In this document: piece after piece, positions 56,270 to 64,000 of the stretch | Layout of the letters: every line of letters starts with the position of its first letter | Numbering within the stretch: position 1 is the stretch's first letter | Assembly (NCBI GenBank): GCA_964016885.1 | Contig: OZ024740.1 | Location: forward strand, 103,788,001 to 103,852,000 | Direction of reading: 5' to 3' | DNA: 64,000 bases | DNA from: Eledone cirrhosa | Lineage: Eukaryota | Made by a program: the position numbers and the translations under genes | The notes under the pieces: generated by a model | The model's input: the letters and a program-made list of their open reading frames with translations, nothing else | What the model was told of the DNA's origin: nothing | The model's database searches: none

Positions 56270-56550
56270 CTTCTGAGTGTTCCAGTTGTTTGGTCCATAG
56301 AACAGCCTGTTCATGAAATTAAAGTGCAAGTGGCTGAGCATTCCATAGACACATGTACTCTTATAGTTTTCAGGGAGATTCAGCAAGACATTGTGTGGCA
56401 AGGCTAGCCCTTTTAGTTACAGCTACAACTCATTTTTTTCCAGCTGAGTGGACTAAAGTGATGTGAAATGAAGTGTTTAGCTCAAAGATACAACACATTG
56501 CCAGGAATTGAACTCATATCCTTGTGAGCTGCACACCCTAACTGTGCACT
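56270..56550 (-). mobile_element. diverged CORE-SINE
   Basis: cagctgagtggact..tgtgaaatgaagtgtttagctcaaagatacaac..ggaattgaactca. Confidence 0.7.
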
Positions 56551-59500
56551 TTACAAAGCACTAGCATAATTGGATAGGAAAACCATGAAAAGCTATGCAG
56601 TATGACATGTCAGAAGACTTAAGGTGATGTCAGCTGCAATCATATTGGAGCAAATGTTACAGCTAGCAGAACAGATCTCTTGTCAATTCTAACAAAGGAG
56701 AGAGTATTTTAGTGAAGTGAATAGATTAAATTATTCTTAATTAAATCTTTCTCTGATCTAATTACCTCCGTTTGATTAGCATAGATTAGTTGAAGTCAAT
56801 GGTAGTGATACGCTTAACATGCAGATAGTCTAAATTATTCAACAGTATTATATGGTGGTTAAGATACAAATAGAAAATACGTTATCAAACAAACCAGCTC
56901 TATATGACAAATCAGTAGAAAGGTCTATCCAATTACATGTCTCCAGTATTAAGGTGATTTACAACAAATATTTAACATTTTTGTTAAATTTTTTTAAAAA
57001 TTTTGCTTAAAATAGTATCAATATTTACAAGTGGTGTGATAAATAAGTTAAAGTCAAATGTATGTGTGCCAATATGTTAATGGCAGGTTTAAAAGAAACA
57101 TTCAAATCACAATAATGAGTAGCCCAATTATATTTGACAGAGGAACTGTAAAAATTGAACAGACAAATATTATAAAGAAATTCATGTCTAAAAAAAAAAA
57201 AAATAACCTCAGTGCCAGAAAGGTTATCAAAACAATAGTATTCATAACAACACACAATATTATGTAATTAGTTAAATGTTATTCAAAGACACCCTGCTCT
57301 TCCAACATTATCACACACAAAGTTAAAGCTGAAGTAAATTATCACAAAGGTAATAAAGGTCAGAATTTCTTAACTTCATCTGCATTGATATATTATTAGC
57401 AAACTACTTGTTAACCCCTTTCCTGACTATTTTTTACAAAGATGTCTAAAGTGTTTCAATTAATTTTCAATATTATCAAAAGTTTGGAGGGGATTTGATA
57501 CAATATCTGAAACTTTATATATTGGTATATATGTTGCTGTTGGCAAACTTGTATACATGTTGCAGTTATCTGTTATATATCATGCTAATACTGACCAACT
57601 GGTATATATCCTGCTGGTTGTATAAAACAATAGGAACAAATGAAACACTTCTCCATTGAAAGTATGCTACTTTCTGCCCAAACAGCAAGACAAAAGGTGC
57701 CATGGTAAAAAAGAAGTTTGAAAAACATAAGATTTTGATGGGATATAAGCAACCAATAAAAGTTAGAAATGGATGGGATTACCTTTATGACATTGTTAAA
57801 AACAAAAGAAAAAAAACTTGCTTTTACTTTTCCTCACTTCACCATTTTTTTTCTATTGAATTCAGTGATTTAAAACTGCAGAATAGCAGTTAATTTAACA
57901 AAATCTAACTGCATGGTAATAAGTTTAAATTTCACCAATACACTGTTTAATGCCACTAATTCTGCTAACCTCAGTCTGTCTGACCGATAAAAAATTCCAC
58001 TCCTACTTCATGGCTGAATGATTAGTGGGTGAACTGTAAAAAAAATAACAGCTCCAACAAAAAACACTATCCATGCTAGTATGGATGTAAAAAAATCACA
58101 GAAAGGCAAAAGAAAAAAATGGTGAAACAATGATTAGAGAGAAAAATATATTTTGAAGTTTATTGTTCACAAATTATCTTTTATCTCAAGGGCCTGCCCT
58201 TCTAGTACTTTAGTAGTTTTATTCTACAGAAATTAATTATAGGCGAAATGGAATTTCTTAGTGTAAAAAAACTGTTGAATCTGAATGTTATGAATATTAA
58301 TCAGGTGAAGACCTTAAAAATGTTTTAAGTTTCAATTCTGACTAGCTAATGAAATTATTTCGAATCATGCAGGTTTTAAGTTAAAAACATTTAGTACACT
58401 ACAGGACATGAAGTCAGTGATTTAAAATCTCTGAAAGAATTATACAGTAAATTGTCTGAGGCATAGCTTCCTTGAACAGTATTCCTATCATGATATAGGA
58501 TAAAAAACAGGTACACCTGGTTAATTTACACACCTGATTTTATATAATTTACTATATAGACAGATAGTCTGGTCAAGTTCTTTCAATAATATAAACAAGA
58601 CAGTAGTATTAAATATAATATTAAAACTATTGGTAAAAAGCAACAGCCAACATTTAGGAAATAAAATTGAAATAATTGATAACGTAAACAGAAGGCATCA
58701 GAGGCAAGTTTGGCATAATTTAACTGTAATTATATTTGTGGCAAAAGGTAAATATATATTTAGCAAGTGAAACTACTGTAGAAATTTTCTAATGAAAAGT
58801 GAAGTTAAAGCTGAATAAGTGATTAGGGAGATGGACACAACAGTAATGGAAACTTCTAACCAAATAAAACCTTAACGAAAATATAATCCTAAAATAATTT
58901 TATATAACAAATTCCTTTAACGAGAATGATTGAAATGCTTATCCTTTTTCTTAAAGAAATTAAACTGAAAAATATTCTATCCCAAGCAATAAAAAAAAAC
59001 ATTACTTCAAATTTAGGACTGGAAATCAATTTAGAAAATGATTAGGCATTTCAGCAAAATACAGGAGTATTCAGGGCCATCTTCAGATCTTTAGCTAAAC
59101 AATGTTTACTCTGAAATCAGATTTCTAAATAGGGCTGTAGCAAGAATCATTGATATAAAACCTACCCTTATGTCACATTGTTTCCTAATATAAGGAGCTT
59201 CATCTAAATAGAAGTTCACACTCAACACAGGCAACAATAGCTGGGCTTATTTTCATAATGGCAAACTTCCTGCTGTTTGTATCGCTCACATATACTTCCT
59301 TATGAGACTGTTTGAATGGCAATACTAAGTAGGTAACAAACATCCTGTGAAACTATATTCCTTGATTTACCATGCAAGAGAGGAAATATGCAACATTTCA
59401 ACTGATTTTAGAGAACAGTAATGCTGAAATAGACTATTGCAGAACTTGTTATACAAAAGGCAGGTATAAGATTTTGACTTTTGATTAACATTCTCTCGTG

Positions 59501-60250
59501 TTGATGCTAAAATAATGACATCTATCCCAAGGAGAGGTAGTCATCTGTAATATCTTATAATAATGTCAGTTATCTCACCAATAATATATACAAAGAGGTA
59601 GTATGATGTAATCATAGCTCTCAATCAGAAATCCAATTGTCAACGTAGTAAAGTGTTAAGATATCAGTTACTACAGATGAAATTCTATTAGAGGAACATG
59701 GTCGGTCAGATTACATCATTATTAGAGTTATATTGACATTATCAATGTGATTATAATAAAGATATCAAACAAAATATTGATATTATTTTAAAGTAAATTT
59801 GTTTAATACTTTTTTCGATATTGAAAGAACCGATTAGTGTAGTAAATTCTTCGAAGAAACCACAAATGGGCATTATAATAAAGTGTAGCATATTTTAAAA
59901 TGTCTACAGAAAATAACTCCATTATTGGCAGTTGTTTTTCAGTATTGATAGAAATATGTCATATGCATCTTATGTCTGACTGAATAACATGGGAATTATT
60001 TTGTTTCAAACCATACAACATTAACTATTATAAATTCAACAGACAAATATATAAAAATCTATAATTCAAACCAGATCCAGTGTGTCAGAATCTAATATCG
60101 ACAACATTCACTAGAAAAATAAGGAGTGAATTTTAATTACTGCTTTTATGATACAACTAATATAAAGATGATCAATAATTAATTAACCACAAATTATTCA
60201 TTACACTGACTTCAGGTACTGTAAAATTGCAGCATCTGTTCTAATCTTAC

Positions 60251-60379
60251 AAAAGCAGTGACTTGTTGAGCAGGGAAACGGGTAATAACACAGCATCAAA
60301 CTCTAGCACAGTTGTTCTATCACTGCCGAAATACCCCTTAAATTCTAAGCTGAGTCTGTTAATGTGTGATTGCCTGCAA
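60251..60379 (-). CDS. candidate stop-containing exon (phase 1: x-AGNHTLTDSA*, TAG at 60345-60347); alternative terminal or poison exon
   Basis: Strong acceptor ttgttgttgttttttcctgtag| (alternative ttgcag 6 nt further in) and a GTAAGA donor at 60245-60250. In CaMKII phase it stops after about 11 codons. Confidence 0.35.
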
Positions 60380-60473
60380 CTACAGGAAAAAACAACAACA
60401 AAAACAAAAAAAGGAAAAATTGGAAAAGCCAAGGTGAAATGCTTGATATAGTTGTCACACTATTTGGACTTAC

Positions 60474-60482
60474 CTTTGTTTA
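60474..60482 (-). CDS. candidate 9-nt microexon (phase 1-1, about I-N-K) in the CaMKII linker
   Basis: atgtcattctttgttgctttctttgtgtggtatag|TAAACAAAG|gtaagt: pyrimidine tract with a UGC motif, perfect donor, frame-preserving, about 0.7 kb downstream of the RNFS exon. Confidence 0.55.
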
Positions 60483-61216
60483 CTATACCACACAAAGAAA
60501 GCAACAAAGAATGACATATATGTAAATTAGCATGCATTTTGAGATAGACATAAACTAATGTTCAATGGAAGAGAACAGACAGTCAATTAAAGTCCTGCTA
60601 CCATAAATGTATTTAATAACTTAACTCAGCATAAAGAAATATTTTCTACAGTAGAGTTATGGGATAAAACTTTTGTATATTGACTAAAAATCACCCCAGC
60701 TAATAAGTTAATGATTTTGCAATAATTACAGACACTTACATTAATATTAATGTTAGGGCAGAGTGTATTTCTGTTTAGTAAATATTATTAATACAGATTA
60801 AGAGTTGAGTATACACAACAGTTTCTTAGTAGAACAGACTGGTTCCCAGTGAGGGAAACTAAAAAGAGAGGTTCAGTTCCATGTGAAAGTTAATTCTCAC
60901 TTCAAACTCCCACTGATTTGCAGAGAGGAAAGCCTGACTTTCTTTACAGTGTAGGACTGTAAGCTGTTTATGTAAGAATCAAATAGCACCGAACATGATT
61001 TAAAACAGAAGACAAATTGAACACGAGAGTTCTAAGATATCTAAAAGGAACAATGATATATTTAAAAATCAAATCATATGAGAATTGATATGGTGACATA
61101 TTGTGTTTTCAGTTTTAATGTTCCATAAACAATATATGGCTGTGTTTGTAACATGTCTATTAGAAAGAAATTCAAACCAAATGGATTGTGAAATGAATAA
61201 ATAAAAATGGACTTAC

Positions 61217-61259
61217 TGGAGAAGTTTCTGGTTGCCAGCATAGTGGTAAGAATAACACC
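61217..61259 (-). CDS. CaMKII: CaMKII exon (43 nt, phase 0 to 1) encoding GVILTTMLATRNFS: end of the calmodulin-binding regulatory segment with the T305/T306-equivalent residues
   Basis: Minus strand reads cctttctttcaccttgcag|GGTGTTATTCTTACCACTATGCTGGCAACCAGAAACTTCTCCA|gtaagt, with canonical acceptor and donor. The peptide matches the CaMKII hallmark GAILTTMLATRNFS with one A>V change. The exon position just before the variable linker fits CaMKII gene structure. Confidence 0.93.
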
Positions 61260-61974
61260 CTGCAAGGTGAAAGAAAGGCATTGATCAATTGATTCTTGAA
61301 TAACAAATAGAATTGAAGTCTTTGGCCTGGCAATGAAAGTACCTTCTCAAGGTGCCAGATAAAACGATTTAAGATAAATAGAAAAAACAATTTTGTAGCC
61401 AACATATATTTGGAACTATTGGAATATGAATAATCAGTAGAAGTTCTTCATGACTCCCTAACATTTTTCAATATTCTTTCCTCTTTAGTGTATTGGGAAT
61501 ATAGCAGGGTTTGAGCTGATGTTTTAGAACTAGTTAAAATTAGTACAGTGTGGTGGAGCTGTTGAACTTTAAAATTTCAAATGGTTGTATCACTCAACAT
61601 ATCTGCTACTTTATATGGTGCAAGATAGGAATAACTAAAACAGCCATTATGGTTAGTATAGTAACAATGTAGTCCCTAGGAGCCATATGTAATGACAATA
61701 ACATTTATATGTCTATTTTACATCCTTTAAAACCTTAAATAGAATCTTAATGTAAGTATAGGGAACATCATAAGACCACATGTTCAGTGTGATGATGACA
61801 CTGGTTTAATGGACCTCTTTAGTCACTATACTTCTCATAATTACTAAATATTATATACATGAGGCTTGTTTTTTCTTTTCTGAGGTGTTTTAAGATGGTT
61901 GATACCAAAGTGTGGTGGGTGATACAACTGTTGCAACCAATATTTTGGTTGAAAACTACATGATATACAGAGAA

Positions 61975-62225
61975 TAATAATATCAACAATTGCTTCCAAT
62001 TTAGGCACAAACCAGCAATTTTTTTGTGTGTGAGTGTGTGTGTGTGTGTGTGGGGGGGGGGTAGTAGTAGTAGCAGATTAAATCAACTCCAGTACAAGAC
62101 TGCGGTACTTTATTCTATCAACACTAGAAGATGAAAGTGAAAATTTGACCAAAGTGGGAATTTAGAATGTAAAGAGCTTGAACATTACTTGTAAGGCAAT
62201 TGGTCCAATGTTCACCCGATTTTGC
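61975..62225 (-). mobile_element. diverged SINE family B
   Basis: ggcacaaaccagcaatt...ggtactttattctatcaac...gatgaaag. Confidence 0.7.
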
Positions 62226-62835
62226 TAAAAACAAATCAAAATTTCCCCAGTCATTGTAACATGAACATATCCATTTACAAACCTGCCTTTAATTAGTAAG
62301 GAATACTCTGGACTATTATAGGTGTAATATGTATCTGTTCAATGAGGTAGACAACTGTTGAATGTGGTACATAGCTGTCAGACATTGTATATAACTGTTA
62401 GATATAGTTTATATCTGGTATGCATACAACAGATTTGATATATGTCTTCTTCATTTGCTCCCTTCCAAACCCCCTTTTGGGTCTTGGGATATGCAATCTT
62501 TGTGCATCCATCCCACACCTCCCAGGACATGTCGCAAGCCCCTCACAAGTTTTTACAGTACGAGAGAGAGACTGCAATATATTTTTCAAACAGGGCTCTC
62601 TACCTAAAGCTTGAACATGCTCCTTGTTAACCTGTGCAATGGACAATGCTGTATGACTGCCTTTATTATGTCTAGCTGAATTGCAGTTTTGGTGGCCTTC
62701 TTCACCAATCTGATACTTTTCTCAGAATGACAAAGACTAGGATTTTTTTAGAGGCGACCTTTACTCATTTCGACTATCGGCTGGATATGTATCTGTCACT
62801 TGAAAAAACTACTTTTTAAAATTATAATTTGTACC

Positions 62836-62881
<46 letters not shown>

Positions 62882-62883
<2 letters not shown>

Positions 62884-63183
62884 TCATTTCATTTTACGTC
62901 CGCTTTTTCCCTGCTTGCAAGGGTGGGACGGTAACTGATTCTGGCTTGATTTCTACAGCTGGATGCCCTTCCTAACACCAACCTCATTTACAGTGAGTGC
63001 TGGGTGCTTTTTTGCCGTGGCACCTCCACGACCACTTCATCTCATTTCTACAGCTGAGTAAACTGGAGCAATGTGAAATAAAGTGTCTTGCTCAAGGAAA
63101 CAACGCATCACCCGATCTGAGAATTGAACTCACAACCTTTCGATTGCAAGGCCAATGCTCTAACCACTAAGCCATGTGCCTCC
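62882..63183 (-). mobile_element. young CORE-SINE family A
   Basis: Reverse complement of 63198-63545 except for a deletion of about 30 bp. Confidence 0.92.
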
Positions 63184-63197
63184 ATATATATATATAT

Positions 63198-63545
63198 GGA
63201 GGCACATGGCTTAGTGGTTAGAGCATTGGCCTTGCAATCGAAAGGTTGTGAGTTCAATTCTCAGACTGGGTGATGTGTTGTTTCCTTGAGCAAGACACTT
63301 TATTTCACATTGCTCCAGTTTACTCAGCTGTAGAAATGAGATGATAGGGACTGCGGTCCTTATCATTCCACTGCAAAGTGGTCGTGGAGGTGCCACGGCA
63401 AAAAAGCACCCAGCACTCACTGTAAATGAGGTTGGTGTTAGGAAGGGCATCCAGCTGTAGAAATCAAGCCAGAATCAGTTCCCGTCCCACCCTTGCAAGC
63501 AGGGAAAAGCGGACGTAAAATGATGATGATGATGATGATGATGAT
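63198..63545 (+). mobile_element. young CORE-SINE family A
   Basis: A and B boxes, CORE, pseudoknot module, RTE-C terminus, (ATG)n tail. Confidence 0.92.
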
Positions 63546-63557
63546 ATATATATATAA

Positions 63558-63880
63558 TCATCATTTCACATCCATTTTTCACTCTAGCATGGCTAGGACA
63601 TGCTGACCCTTTTGGAGAGAATCAGGTCAGAGGACCGTATTTCACTCAACCGGGGCTGATTTTGGCTTGGTTTCTACAGATGGATCCCTTCCTATTGCCA
63701 ACCACATTTACAGTGTGTGCTGGGTCCTTTTCGTCATGTCACCTACATGACCACTTCACAGCATGGACTGGGCACTTTTTGTCGGGACTTCTACACGACC
63801 ACATTACAGTGTGGACTGGGCACTTTTGTCTTGACATATGACCCCTATACAGTGAGGGCTGGGCACTTTTGTCATAGCTC
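63558..63880 (-). mobile_element. RTE 3' UTR-like stub with about 4 tandem module units
   Basis: Repeated ...cag(t/c)gtggactgggcactttt(t)gtc... units and ggatcccttcctattgccaacc. Confidence 0.7.
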
Positions 63881-63951
63881 CATTGGGGGGGGGGGGGGGC
63901 TTCAGGGTGTGGGATGGGAACTAACGCATATATATATGCTGCTAATAAATG

Positions 63952-63985
<34 letters not shown>

Positions 63986-64000
63986 TTTATTAGCAGCACA

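Noticed and set aside
57279-57328. Possible short terminal exon (xLTLCVIMLEEQGVFE*)
   Set aside because: Only a moderate acceptor supports it; expected by chance in AT-rich introns.
63383-63452. Similarity of CGTGG-loop-CCACG-AAA to the 5' half of the pistol ribozyme
   Set aside because: No P2 strand between the A-linker and the pseudoknot partner and no GCGU/P3/GU cleavage arrangement; kept only as an unclassified pseudoknot.

Overview
AT-rich animal genomic DNA, most likely a coleoid cephalopod such as Octopus (inferred from the CORE-type tRNA-SINEs, RTE/Penelope load and very large (TA)/(TACA)n arrays). Nearly all ORFs in the supplied track are microsatellite artefacts. The window appears to lie inside a very large minus-strand CaMKII gene. 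A 43-nt exon at 61217-61259 encodes GVILTTMLATRNFS, the calmodulin-binding/T305-T306 segment. Several phase-1 candidate linker exons follow it: 9-nt, 27/72-nt and 75-nt cassettes, a stop-containing exon at about 60.3 kb, and a 926-nt stop-terminated exon at 39863-40788 that would give a hub-less kinase with a disordered tail. I did not find the kinase-domain or hub exons in the window. The introns hold two near-full-length decayed RTE LINEs, many RTE 3' stubs, a decayed Penelope-like element with a hammerhead ribozyme on the CaMKII sense strand, further decayed hammerheads, an R4/Dong-type fragment, two non-autonomous Helitrons, MITEs and two SINE families. A strand-polarised microsatellite/retroelement nest spans about 6-27 kb. 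Best leads: (1) the hub-less CaMKII isoform and microexon set; (2) a covarying tandem pseudoknot+hairpin RNA module shared by RTE UTRs and SINEs; (3) 5'-3' complementarity in an internally deleted RTE; (4) the sense-strand intronic hammerhead. All coordinates were read by eye; repeat boundaries are approximate.
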